From: an uncultured Nitrososphaerales archaeon
Lineage (GTDB): Archaea; Thermoproteota; Nitrososphaeria; Nitrososphaerales; Nitrososphaeraceae
Assembly: GCA_963841565.1 (NCBI GenBank)
Contig: CAWJCY010000006.1
Span: 192,001-256,000 of the forward strand
Direction: 5' to 3'
Length of the DNA stretch: 64,000 bases
Shown here piece after piece: positions 54,478-64,000 of the stretch (its first letter is position 1; the number at the start of each line of letters is the position of its first letter). A program made the position numbers and the translations under genes. The notes under the pieces were generated by a model. The model saw only the letters and a list, made by a program, of their open reading frames with translations. It was not told where the DNA came from and did not search any database.

Positions 54478-54699
54478 TTATTTTTTTGTCATTCTAAGAA
54501 CGTCTACTTGTCCGCTGTGTAGCCAATCCTTTAGCTCTTCGTGACTTGGCTTGGCATCATGTTTCCCAGCTAAATGGAGATGCAATAGTACATAGTTAAC
54601 CTGATTTAGCAATGGTTTGTTTTGCTCATCACCCTGTCGACTCTTCTTTTTCAAATCGTCAGGAACAGTAGCCCACCATTCTTCGAATTTTCTAACCAT
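54478..54699 (-). CDS. conserved hypothetical 73-aa protein
   Basis: Protein-like composition, own TATA-like element and a T-rich terminator region. Confidence 0.75.
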   Translation of the reverse strand: MVRKFEEWWATVPDDLKKKSRQGDEQNKPLLNQVNYVLLHLHLAGKHDAKPSHEELKDWLHSGQVDVLRMTKK

Positions 54700-54822
54700 A
54701 TGTCCAAATTCTATTGGAAGTTAATAAGCCTTTTGGGAACATACAAGATTCTATTTTACTGGGTCGAGTTTGGTATATTAGTTGATTACAGATATAACAA
54801 AAAAAGGTAGACTTAGGAACAT

Positions 54823-55656
54823 ATGCCTTTCGATCGCCAGGACTTGCTTGATGCATATCAAGAGTATCTAAATTTTAGGAGAAGTTCACGCTATCAAGAT
54901 CACGCTAGATATATTTTCCCTTTTTTTGAAGGTACATATTTTGCCTACCGCAAAATTGATGTCTTAAGGATCGTTACTATTGCAAGAGCGATATCCTCCG
55001 AGCCGCAATACTTGGACATAGGCTGTGGATATGGAGATTTTCTTAACAAAGTCATTAAGTATATCCCCAGTGCCATCGGTATTGAAAAAGACGCAACAAT
55101 TTACTATTGCTTGAAAAGACCCAAACCTGAACACATTGTCTCACTCCCAATAGAATGCGTGACCCAACCAATAGATGTCGCATTCGTTGGATGGATGGAA
55201 CCGGGAGTAGACTTCAGGCTTCATGTAGCTGATATAGCTAAATGTGTCATAACTACTTTCGACCAAGGTGGACAATGTGGGATCAATGGCGGTTGTGAAT
55301 ATGAAGAATTCGGATACAGCCGTGTTGCATGGTGGCGGACTCCTTCATGGATTGATGTAAATCATGAGTTAATGAACAGATACTATACACAACAGTTGAT
55401 TAATGACAACGTCCTTAGAAATTCGTTGATAGACCTTCGATCTGCACACAACCTTTGGTACGTCTATGTGCGAGACGAAGACCTGAAAGACAAAATCAAT
55501 TCGCACTTGATCAATTGGTTAAAGAAAGAAGGCCCCATTTCACAGACTGAAAAATTTGAGTTTGAGAACATACTTGAACAATGTGGGTTTCAATATGATA
55601 TCAGGCTACCTTCCACGCATGCAAGAGATAAGTTATGGGAAGTACACTTTGAATAA
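54823..55656 (+). CDS. class I SAM-dependent methyltransferase of unknown substrate
   Basis: YLDIGCGYG, GIEKD and DVAFVGWM. Confidence 0.8.
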   Translation: MPFDRQDLLDAYQEYLNFRRSSRYQDHARYIFPFFEGTYFAYRKIDVLRIVTIARAISSEPQYLDIGCGYGDFLNKVIKYIPSAIGIEKDATIYYCLKRPKPEHIVSLPIECVTQPIDVAFVGWMEPGVDFRLHVADIAKCVITTFDQGGQCGINGGCEYEEFGYSRVAWWRTPSWIDVNHELMNRYYTQQLINDNVLRNSLIDLRSAHNLWYVYVRDEDLKDKINSHLINWLKKEGPISQTEKFEFENILEQCGFQYDIRLPSTHARDKLWEVHFE

Positions 55657-55935
55657 TTTTCGGTTTCAAGTCTATCATTGGGAGATTTAATGGTGTGTGA
55701 AAAGCGCTCAAGGCAAGTGCGGTGAGAATTTATCCACATTAGATCATTTCGCTTGTGCATTTCCAGATTCACCAAACGATATTTCAGTGATCCGGTAGCT
55801 TCACACTCACGATCTCGTACTGAGATGTTGAATATCTGCTACCACCCTATTGACTTTATCTCGAATCCTCGTACCTGTAAATTATCAATAGATAATTTCA
55901 TAAATGAATTCAAAGTCTAATAATCAAGTCGTTAA

Positions 55936-56523
55936 ATGGGTGGCAATATTTCGGATTCGTTTAGGTTGGTCATAACTGGGAATCCAGGCGTTGGTAAACA
56001 CACCACAGCGTTTGAGCTAAGAAAAATTTTGGAGTTCGCTGTTATCGATATTAATGATTTGGCCGTTAAAAATCAAGCCTTTCTGCAAGTGCCTAGCCTA
56101 GAAATTAATTCAAAGAAGATAGCAACTATAATAAAGTCAAAGCTTGGAGAATCACAAAGAACAGTTATAGTGGGACATTTAGCGCCTTATGTCTTAAAAA
56201 AGGAATGGATCGACCTAACAATAGTGCTGCGGAAGTCTCCATATGCCATTCTTAGCACCTTAGAAAACAGAAAATATTCTGCCGAAAAGATTAGAGAAAA
56301 TGTAGCCAGCGAAATTTTAGGAGTAATATTGTACGACTCGGTTCAATGCTTTGGAAAAGAAAAAATCGCCGAGTTAGATACGACTCAATCTACACCTGCC
56401 GAGGTTTGTGAGAAGATAATTTCCTTATTAAGTGATAAGACGGTTAGAAAAACTGGGGTTGTTGACTGGCTATCTCTGGTATACGAAAAAGGTGATGTAG
56501 GACGATTCCTAGAATATTCGTAA
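55936..56523 (+). CDS. AK6/Fap7-type adenylate kinase
   Basis: ITGNPGVGK, VIVGH and KIRENVASE. Confidence 0.9.
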   Translation: MGGNISDSFRLVITGNPGVGKHTTAFELRKILEFAVIDINDLAVKNQAFLQVPSLEINSKKIATIIKSKLGESQRTVIVGHLAPYVLKKEWIDLTIVLRKSPYAILSTLENRKYSAEKIRENVASEILGVILYDSVQCFGKEKIAELDTTQSTPAEVCEKIISLLSDKTVRKTGVVDWLSLVYEKGDVGRFLEYS

Positions 56524-56694
56524 TTATTAAGACCGTCGTGTCATCTAGTGGGTATTGTGAGTTAATCAATTGTGGCCCGAGGAAATTGGTCCTTTTGCAC
56601 TTGTATGATATTTCCTAGCCATGATATTTCTTAGCCATGTCTTCATTGTAATTCAAATATATATATCCAAGTCTATAAAGCCGGTGTAAAGATC

Positions 56695-57108
56695 ATGTCC
56701 ACAGTGTTAATACGCAAATTCGGCGAAGAAGCAATTCAGTTTCTTGGTAAAAAGGTTTCTGTAGAAACTTCTGATCAGAGAGTATATAAAGGAACTTTAA
56801 CTGGCATCGACGAGAGACTCGACTTGGTCCTAAATGATGTTGAAGGTACTGGTATACTGAAGATGATCATCAATGGCGTATATGTGAAGGAGATTAAACT
56901 AATGGAGAAGCCCTTTGATTTTAAAGCCCTTTCCGAAAGACTTTCAAAGGTTTTTCCTGGTCTTGTAAGAATTAGAGAAGATGTAGGCGCGATTATAGTT
57001 ATGGATAAGATAAAAGTAACAGAAACCGGTATTGAAGAAGGATCTGGTTTAGCAGCTGATAGAGTTAGAGCCATTTATGATGAGTTCATGAGGGAGAACA
57101 GGAAGTAA
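56695..57108 (+). CDS. Lsm/Sm-like protein with C-terminal extension (SmAP3 type)
   Basis: YKGTLTGID..LDLVL Sm1 motif, MIINGVYV Sm2 motif and a C-terminal domain. Confidence 0.88.
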   Translation: MSTVLIRKFGEEAIQFLGKKVSVETSDQRVYKGTLTGIDERLDLVLNDVEGTGILKMIINGVYVKEIKLMEKPFDFKALSERLSKVFPGLVRIREDVGAIIVMDKIKVTETGIEEGSGLAADRVRAIYDEFMRENRK

Positions 57109-57110
57109 AT

Positions 57111-58682
57111 TTGTCCTTTGAGGTCAGATATACTGACCTAGCTGGTAGAATAGGGCAAGTGAAGACAATGCATGGAGTCCTGGAGACTCCGGCTTTTCTT
57201 CCTGTTGTTCATCCCCTTGATCAAGCAATACGGCCTCAATTTTTGAGAGATTTAGGATTCAGTGCCGTAATCACCAATGCGTACATCACGCTTAAGCGTC
57301 ATAAGGAACAAGCAATTCAGAGGGGGATACACAAACTAATCGATTTTGACGGAATAGTGATGACTGATTCGGGAGGCTATCAGGTGTTGGAATATGGCGA
57401 TATTGAAATAGGACCAGAAACTATGGCAAAATTCCAATTTGATATTAAGAGTGATCTGCCCGTAATTCTAGACAGACCAACTGGCTATAGATTAGATTAT
57501 GGGCGAGCTACAGATTTTGTGGAGGAGACTCTCCTAAATGCCAGATCTACTGTAAGTGTGATTAAAGCGCAGATCGATAATCGAAATCATTTAGCTACAG
57601 ATGAAAGGAGTAACATAGAGGGGCCGATTTGGGTTGGTACTATTCAAGGGGCAGAACATCTCGATTTAGTCAAGTATTCTACTAAGGAACTTGCTAAAAT
57701 CGGATTTGAATTCTTTGCGCTTGGGAGTCCCGTCGAAGTCATGGAAGCATATGATTTTCGTCTATTAGCGAAGATGATCCTAACAGCTAAGGAGTTCATA
57801 CCCAATAAACCATTACATCTGTTTGGGGCAGGTCACCCACTTGCCATTTCCCTTGCTGTGGCGCTGGGATGCGATACTTTTGATTCTGCTTCTTATATAC
57901 TATACGCACGTGACAATAGATACATTACTCCCTATGGAACTGCTAAACTCAATGAATTGACCTATCTTCCTTGTAGCTGTCCTGTATGTAGTGATCATTC
58001 GGTAAAGGAATTTCGAAGTATGGATAATAGTACTAAGACAATTGAACTGGCTAAACATAATCTGTATATCCTGAAGTTAGAGATCAACGTCTTGAAACAA
58101 GCGATAATGGATGGTAGGCTGTGGGAATATGTAGTACAAAAAGCACGCTCACACCCAAAGCTCATGGAGGCATTGGCTTACATAAAAGATCATCCGATTA
58201 TGGAATCTGGGACCAGGAGATTCAAAAGTAAGGCGGCTTTTTTCTATGATTCAATAGATTGTTACAGGCCAGAAGCAAAGCAATACAGAGAGATGGTTGC
58301 CAGGTTTAAGTCGTTTAAGTCACGTGTGTTGTTCTATCCGGAACAAGACTTGAAGCCATTTTATTCTAGCAATCAATACATTGATCTTATTAAGGAATAT
58401 GAGGGATATCAGATTTGCTCGTATAGTGCCTTTTTGGGAATAATTCCGGTGGAATTGTGTGATATATATCCCGCTGCTCACAATCTGTCGAATCAGGCAA
58501 ATGACGAAATGACGGAGTATTCGTATGTCGAAATTATCAAGGCTTTGAAGGCATTTCTGAACTTGAACCATTTTGAAGAAGTTGTAATCTACGCGGATAA
58601 GGGTGTCAGAAACAGTTTGAATAGAAATCCACTAAATCATAACAATATAACGATTCTTGAATATGAGGATAACAGAAGATAG
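57111..58682 (+). CDS. tgtA: archaeosine tRNA-guanine(15) transglycosylase
   Basis: ETPAFLPV, MTDSGGYQ, HLFGAGHP, FDSASY and CSCPVC..HN. Confidence 0.95.
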   Translation: MSFEVRYTDLAGRIGQVKTMHGVLETPAFLPVVHPLDQAIRPQFLRDLGFSAVITNAYITLKRHKEQAIQRGIHKLIDFDGIVMTDSGGYQVLEYGDIEIGPETMAKFQFDIKSDLPVILDRPTGYRLDYGRATDFVEETLLNARSTVSVIKAQIDNRNHLATDERSNIEGPIWVGTIQGAEHLDLVKYSTKELAKIGFEFFALGSPVEVMEAYDFRLLAKMILTAKEFIPNKPLHLFGAGHPLAISLAVALGCDTFDSASYILYARDNRYITPYGTAKLNELTYLPCSCPVCSDHSVKEFRSMDNSTKTIELAKHNLYILKLEINVLKQAIMDGRLWEYVVQKARSHPKLMEALAYIKDHPIMESGTRRFKSKAAFFYDSIDCYRPEAKQYREMVARFKSFKSRVLFYPEQDLKPFYSSNQYIDLIKEYEGYQICSYSAFLGIIPVELCDIYPAAHNLSNQANDEMTEYSYVEIIKALKAFLNLNHFEEVVIYADKGVRNSLNRNPLNHNNITILEYEDNRR

Positions 58683-58963
58683 TTTAGTTGAATAGCCAGG
58701 ACAACAACATGTCCTGGGCAATAATTTAGCTCCTATTTCATATTGGCAGAGTGGGGTAGCAGAGAATAAGGAAAAAACAAATTCGATATATTTTCTTAGG
58801 AATAATTGCGGGAATAAGTCAAGAACCATAGTCAGGTCTCATGACGTTGCTCATTCCTGCTGCGATCGTGTATCCGATCGATAGTATCGGTAAGAATTCC
58901 ACGCTAACGGACCGCGTTCCCAGAAATTATTAGACGTTAGATTACTGCCTAACTTTCTGATGC

Positions 58964-59624
58964 TTAAGAAGCTACTTCTACTGCGTTCTTAGTCTCCTTT
59001 GGGAGTTCTCTAAATCCGTCCTTATCTATAATGACAACGTTAATACCATCGCCTGTGCCCGCATTTCTTCGGATGGCTGCCAGCAATTGCACGGATAGCA
59101 ATTTTGTAACCATCATCTACTTTCAAATTATCCTGGAATTCAGTTTCGAGATATCCGTATGCAACTGGAGAACCACTTCCCGTCGAGATGAACTTTTCAG
59201 TAGTCATTGATCCAAACAGATCAATATTATAAATCCGCGCTACTTCTTCGGAGTCGTAGCCAGCCATTATGATCTGCACGTAAAACGGAAAATATCTTTG
59301 ATTGAAGAGCACGTTCGAGCACAGTCTAGCGGCAGACTTGACTGGCATTATTTTTCTGTTCGAAATTCTAAATATATTGGCATTGTACCTCATGATGTCG
59401 ACTAGATTTTGAGCGTCTGCTACACCCCCTGCTATTGTCATGCCTAGGTGCCTATCGACCTTCTGAATTTTCATGACATGTCTGTCTGCAATGAAAAATC
59501 CAGCACTTGCCCTTGTGTCAGCAGCAAGAACTACTCCATCGCTACAGGTCAAGGCACATGTAGTAGTACCCTTCTTCATATGCTCTAGAACATACTTCGA
59601 GTATCCGCTATTCTGTAAATCCAT
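58964..59624 (-). CDS. psmB: proteasome beta subunit (frameshift near 59081)
   Basis: KKG|TTT, AADTRAS and TGSGSPVAYG; the corrected end reads AAIRRNAGTGDGINVVIIDKDGFREL...* at 58964. Confidence 0.95.
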
Positions 59625-60272
59625 TCTACAGGTATGAAACGGGTACTAAATTTAAGTATTCGCAGTGCGTCAATTAAGTGTGAATTAGAGATTTCTATAA
59701 ATATCGCGTCAACATGACCAGGATAAGTCAAAAGAAAACGTAGTTCAATGGCAGTATTGATGCTACCACAATGTTGTCGAAATATTGGAAGTTGCTTATA
59801 TTAAATTTCACTTTTCAAGACTAAGGAGAAACCTTTGTCAGATGGTTAGTTCTGATTCCGTTGAACTACTCGTATTCTAGAACTCGAATTTTGTATTTGA
59901 GCAAAATAGCTCTCTTCTATCCATAACTCAAGCACTTCCTTGTAATATAATAAGGCAAGGTATTACTGAGAGTAGGTTTGAAGCGGTTACTTTTTTGCTT
60001 CTCCCTGTTATTCTTCTGACTGTTCGCTCCCCAACGGTATCTTCTTCTGACTTGTATGATCCACGGTATCTCAGAACCATCATGAAACTATTACGCTAAA
60101 AAGGGGTAAGTGGGTCTAAAAATCTCAGGAGGCGGTGCCATAGCTACTAACTATCTGAACTATCTATCAGTTGAAATCGACTACATAACAGTAGGCCGTA
60201 ACGTACCATACCATCATCGGTAAAGTATGGTATAACTTAAGAGAAGCCTATGCAATGATGTTAACTATATAT

Positions 60273-60299
60273 GCTATACTCTACTATACTCTACTATAC
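60273..60299 (+). repeat. short tandem repeat (CTATACTCTA) x2.6, preceded by inverted repeat TACCATAC/GTATGGTA (about 60205-60232)
   Basis: Visible directly upstream of ATG 60301. Confidence 0.6.
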
Positions 60300-60300
60300 C

Positions 60301-61134
60301 ATGATCAAAAAGGGTCTGACGAATAAGCCCAAGAGTAAAAGGGAGCAAATTTGGCGATTAGCCTTGGGCGGAGAATTAACCCCAAATGAGATAGCCTTGA
60401 AAGCAGACACTACGGTACAGAACGTATGGAAGGAGACTAGCATATTAAGGTCGAGAGGGGGTTTAGCTATTCGCAAAACTACTGCACAGCAATCGAATAA
60501 GAGTGAGATGATTTTCCTCAATCCAGGTGAGGAACAAAACAGCACAGACATTCTTGGTTTAAGCAAGATACGGCATAGGACTCCAACTTCTGTTAATAGT
60601 TTGATCGATGTCCCAGAATTGGATTCCGCGGGACTAAAAATTCTCTATGGGGAATTCAAATCTGGAAAAATGCCAATAGACATTTTAGCTGAGTACGGTT
60701 TTCATCCAGAAATTGTAGAATGCGAATACCAGAGGTTCATGCAGCTTAGCGAACGGGATAATGGTGATTTGCTGAAGCGTATTATCCTGACTTTGACACG
60801 CAAAGGTTATGTTGACGAGTCTGGTAGGAACGAAAAGATCAAAGCACTCATCAAACTCTACCGCCAGAGAGGCTATCTATTAAATAATGAAATTCTCAAT
60901 CTCTTGGAGCTATACGTTCAAGAAGAAGTGCAGGACGAGACGGATTTAATGCTCATTGATACAGAGCGGAGACTGCCGAATGGGTTCAGTAGAATTAGGT
61001 GTCGTCAATGTAAAGGGATGTTAGGTGATGCAATTTTGTGTGACAAGTTACCGATAGGGAAGAAACTACTTGAGGAGTATGATGAAAAGTTACTGTGCGA
61101 AGTGTGTCGCCATGATCTCGATAATCCTGACTGA
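60301..61134 (+). CDS. hypothetical protein with N-terminal helix-turn-helix and C-terminal CxxC..CxxC Zn finger
   Basis: LTPNEIALKADTTVQNVWKETS; CRQC...CEVC. Confidence 0.7.
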   Translation: MIKKGLTNKPKSKREQIWRLALGGELTPNEIALKADTTVQNVWKETSILRSRGGLAIRKTTAQQSNKSEMIFLNPGEEQNSTDILGLSKIRHRTPTSVNSLIDVPELDSAGLKILYGEFKSGKMPIDILAEYGFHPEIVECEYQRFMQLSERDNGDLLKRIILTLTRKGYVDESGRNEKIKALIKLYRQRGYLLNNEILNLLELYVQEEVQDETDLMLIDTERRLPNGFSRIRCRQCKGMLGDAILCDKLPIGKKLLEEYDEKLLCEVCRHDLDNPD

Positions 61135-62360
61135 TAGTCAGTAGCGTTAATGTATTAACCGTATTACTTATATTAATGTGAACGTAAAAATCACATCAGG
61201 ATGAGAACATTGGACTTTAGATTCCTATCAATAGTAAAAAAAATAGTAAGCAGATAAAAAGGTGGGTTGAGTAAACTTCTATTCCAATGACATATGTATG
61301 ATATTCGAATATTCCTATTCAAATAGAAAATGTACCGCAGCAGATTAGAGTAAGAGCAGCTGCTAGAACTGAAGCTATAGTATACTTATGTGAAGAGGTA
61401 TTTTTTCTTCTAGATAGAAGCGGTTACATTAGTTTGATTAAAGTACACTCCTGGAGGTTTCTCCTGATATCGCACCCATTATGCCATTAACTGCTCGAGG
61501 CCCATTCGTGGCAAGGATAAACGAATACCAAATTCTTATCCACAGAAAGATAGAAGAGTAAATGGCCGTAAAAAACAAAACTCTCATCTTGCGCATACTT
61601 AAGGATCACATGTCTGTCTTAAATCAAGTTACATAAATTCTATTAATCTCGGAATCCAAGAATTGGATCGTTTCAGAATGCAAGCATTTGTCAGACATTT
61701 TCATATATTTTTTGTTACCGATTGATGCTATGAAAACTGATATCATGTTTAAGAAACGCACAAGGAATGGACCGAGGACTTTCTTAACTTAGGCTCAAAT
61801 GGAACGACAGATAGAAAACCGGTTACGTTATGATTACGTACGCAAGAGAATAGAATAATGCTACCTCTGCAGGAGGAAAAAATCCGCAGTTTTGTTCAGG
61901 AAGTCTTAGTTGGGCTTTGAAGGATCAAGAAAACCTGGTCCACTGATTAAATGCATCCCACGACGGAAACGAGCTATTTTCTAATCAAATCCTTTCTCTA
62001 TGTCTTTATTACAATATCATTCAATCCTCTAAGAATTTGGCTTGTCTAAATTCATCAAGGTAGTAGGGAAAGCAGCTGAATGAAGAATCAACTGCAATAT
62101 CTGGCATAACGATGGATAACGAGGCTCTAACACGAGGTAACAACAAGACGCTTCGAACAATAAAGATTGTATATCCTTATATGACTAAGGGAGATGAAAA
62201 ATTATTTGCACAACCGTATAGAGTAATCATGGATGCAGGGATAACAGAAAAAGAGGCAGTTGCCATGCATCAGCCCATTCTTATTCGTATTGGCTCCTCT
62301 GCTCAATTTCAGTTTGCACTCCTAATAATTATATTCGAGTAGATTGAAATTGCAGTATTG

Positions 62361-63788
62361 ATGGGAAGGACGCTGTTTGATAAGATTTGGGATAATCATG
62401 TGGTTTATCAAGAAAAAGACGCAGCGCACGGAAATCCATCCCTAATTTATATAGATTGTCATTTAATACACGAGGTCACATCCCCTCAGGCTTTTGCTGG
62501 TTTGAAGCAACTTGGACGAAAGGTCAGACGCCCCGACCTGACATTTGCAACAATGGATCACAACGTTCCAACGACTAACCGTTCCATTCCAGTAATTGAT
62601 AATGACTCATCTATCCAAATGCATACTTTGGGAGAAAACTGCAATGAGTTTGGCATTACGCTCTTTGACATGCTCAGCCCTCAACAGGGCATAGTCCATG
62701 TCATCGGTCCCGAACTAGGCCTGACGCTGCCCGGTATGACAATTGTTTGTGGAGATAGTCACACATCCACTCACGGCGCATTTGGAGCCTTTGCGCTGGG
62801 CATAGGTACAAGTGATGTTGAGCACGTACTTGCCACACAATGTCTCTGGATGCACAAGCCCAAGAGCCTCAACATCAAGTTCAGTGGAACCATTAGCAAC
62901 CGGCCTGGACTATCCGCCAAAGATATTATTCTTTCAACAATTAGACAAATAGGCATATCTGGAGGGATCGGATCAGTGATCGAGTACAGTGGTGAAGGAA
63001 TTTCTACTCTTTCAATGGATCAAAGAATGACAATCTGCAACATGTCTATTGAGGGTGGAGCAAGGGCTGGATTGATAGCTCCAGATGAGGTGACCTTCGA
63101 TTACATAAGAGGACGTCCATTTGCACCATCTGGAGAAAAGCTAGAAAAGATGATTGAATATTGGGAATCATTTCTAACTACAGATTCTGAAACTTGTCAC
63201 GATAAATCTGTCAAAATGGATCTTTCGAGACTAGTCCCTCAAGTCAGTTGGGGGACAAATCCCTCGATGGTTATAGATGTTACAGAAAATATCCCATACC
63301 CAGAAGTATTTGCAGATGGAAATGTCGAGGAGGAAAAATCAGCCAAGAGGGCATTGGAATACATGGGTCTAGAGTCTGGTGTGCCTATAACTGAGATAAA
63401 CATAGATCGTGTGTTTATTGGATCTTGCACTAATGCCAGGTTGGAAGATTTGGTAGATGCATCTAGGTTGCTTGAGGGAAGGACTGTCTCGTCCAGAGTC
63501 AATGCAATGGTGGTTCCAGGTTCTCAATCTGTTAAAAGGGCTGCTGAAGAGAAAGGCATCGATAGAATTTTTAAGAAGGCTGGCTTCGATTGGCGCGAAT
63601 CTGGATGTAGTATGTGCCTAGGAATGAATCCCGATATACTTGCTCCTAAGCAGAGATGTGCAAGTACATCTAATCGCAACTTTGAAGGGCGACAAGGATT
63701 TGGTGGAAGGACCCATTTAGTTAGCCCAATCATGGCCGCGGCCGCAGCAGTGGAGGGAAAATTTGTAGACGTACGTGAATGGTTTTAG
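62361..63788 (+). CDS. leuC: 3-isopropylmalate dehydratase large subunit, bacterial type
   Basis: HEVTSPQAF, DSHTSTHG, IGSCTN, GCSMCLGMN and NRNFEGRQG. Confidence 0.97.
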   Translation: MGRTLFDKIWDNHVVYQEKDAAHGNPSLIYIDCHLIHEVTSPQAFAGLKQLGRKVRRPDLTFATMDHNVPTTNRSIPVIDNDSSIQMHTLGENCNEFGITLFDMLSPQQGIVHVIGPELGLTLPGMTIVCGDSHTSTHGAFGAFALGIGTSDVEHVLATQCLWMHKPKSLNIKFSGTISNRPGLSAKDIILSTIRQIGISGGIGSVIEYSGEGISTLSMDQRMTICNMSIEGGARAGLIAPDEVTFDYIRGRPFAPSGEKLEKMIEYWESFLTTDSETCHDKSVKMDLSRLVPQVSWGTNPSMVIDVTENIPYPEVFADGNVEEEKSAKRALEYMGLESGVPITEINIDRVFIGSCTNARLEDLVDASRLLEGRTVSSRVNAMVVPGSQSVKRAAEEKGIDRIFKKAGFDWRESGCSMCLGMNPDILAPKQRCASTSNRNFEGRQGFGGRTHLVSPIMAAAAAVEGKFVDVREWF

Positions 63789-63804
63789 ATGGGCCTAAAT
63801 TAGG

Positions 63805-64000
63805 ATGAAATACTTCAAATTTATATGTGATAAAGCGATTCCCTTGGATATAATAAATGTTGATACTGACCAGATCATCCCTAAACAGTTCCTTAAGATG
63901 GTAAAGAAGGAAGGCTATGGTGAATTTCTCTTCTACAACTGGCGATATCAAAACGATGGGACGCTTTTAACAGACTTTGTTCTAAACGACAAAAGATATT
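63805..64000 (+). CDS. leuD: 3-isopropylmalate dehydratase small subunit (partial)
   Basis: Manual translation: [48 protein letters not shown]. Confidence 0.95.
   Translation, partial: MKYFKFICDKAIPLDIINVDTDQIIPKQFLKMVKKEGYGEFLFYNWRYQNDGTLLTDFVLNDKRY

Noticed and set aside
62112-62342. Short free-standing ORFs (also 8252..8449, 18219..18455, 19397..19594, 26177..26386)
   Set aside because: No recognisable motif or promoter support; they may be remnants but cannot be supported.
63785-63798. TTAGATGGGCCTAA box between leuC and leuD
   Set aside because: Overlaps the leuC stop inside an operon, with no TATA context; about 2 chance matches are expected per window.
1187-63951. Numerous 60-150 aa ORFs antisense to or nested in identified genes (e.g. 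1628..2047, 14347..14688, 36684..37097, 47701..48138)
   Set aside because: Shadow ORFs of real genes with no independent motifs.

Overview
Archaeal chromosomal window. Gene content (thaumarchaeal-type ferredoxin, GINS-MCM, aspS-gatCAB, GTP cyclohydrolase III, NHL/Kelch/GSDH surface proteins, small Zn-finger ORFs) points to an ammonia-oxidising archaeon of the Nitrososphaerales (inference). 1-682: 5' part of rtcB, divergent from a tRNA-Gly(TCC) with two BHB introns. About 700-26600: low-density accessory region with decayed genes. It contains an iron-homeostasis locus (DtxR-family regulator, FTR1 permease with a large helical ectodomain, a free secreted copy of that domain, a ferritin-like protein) linked by eight copies of a 14-bp TTAG-N6-CTAA operator. 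Three promoters have the identical layout TATA + two tandem boxes, and one of them points at an ORF-free, hairpin-containing region (candidate iron-regulated sRNA or micropeptide). 26700-59600: core genes, including a stand-alone nurA-herA pair with two related wHTH genes and a riboflavin operon containing an extra amidohydrolase. 59700-62300: second variable patch, followed by leuC and the start of leuD. At least seven core genes carry single-base frameshifts that look like sequencing or consensus errors. All calls come from motif recognition by eye; no database searches were run.
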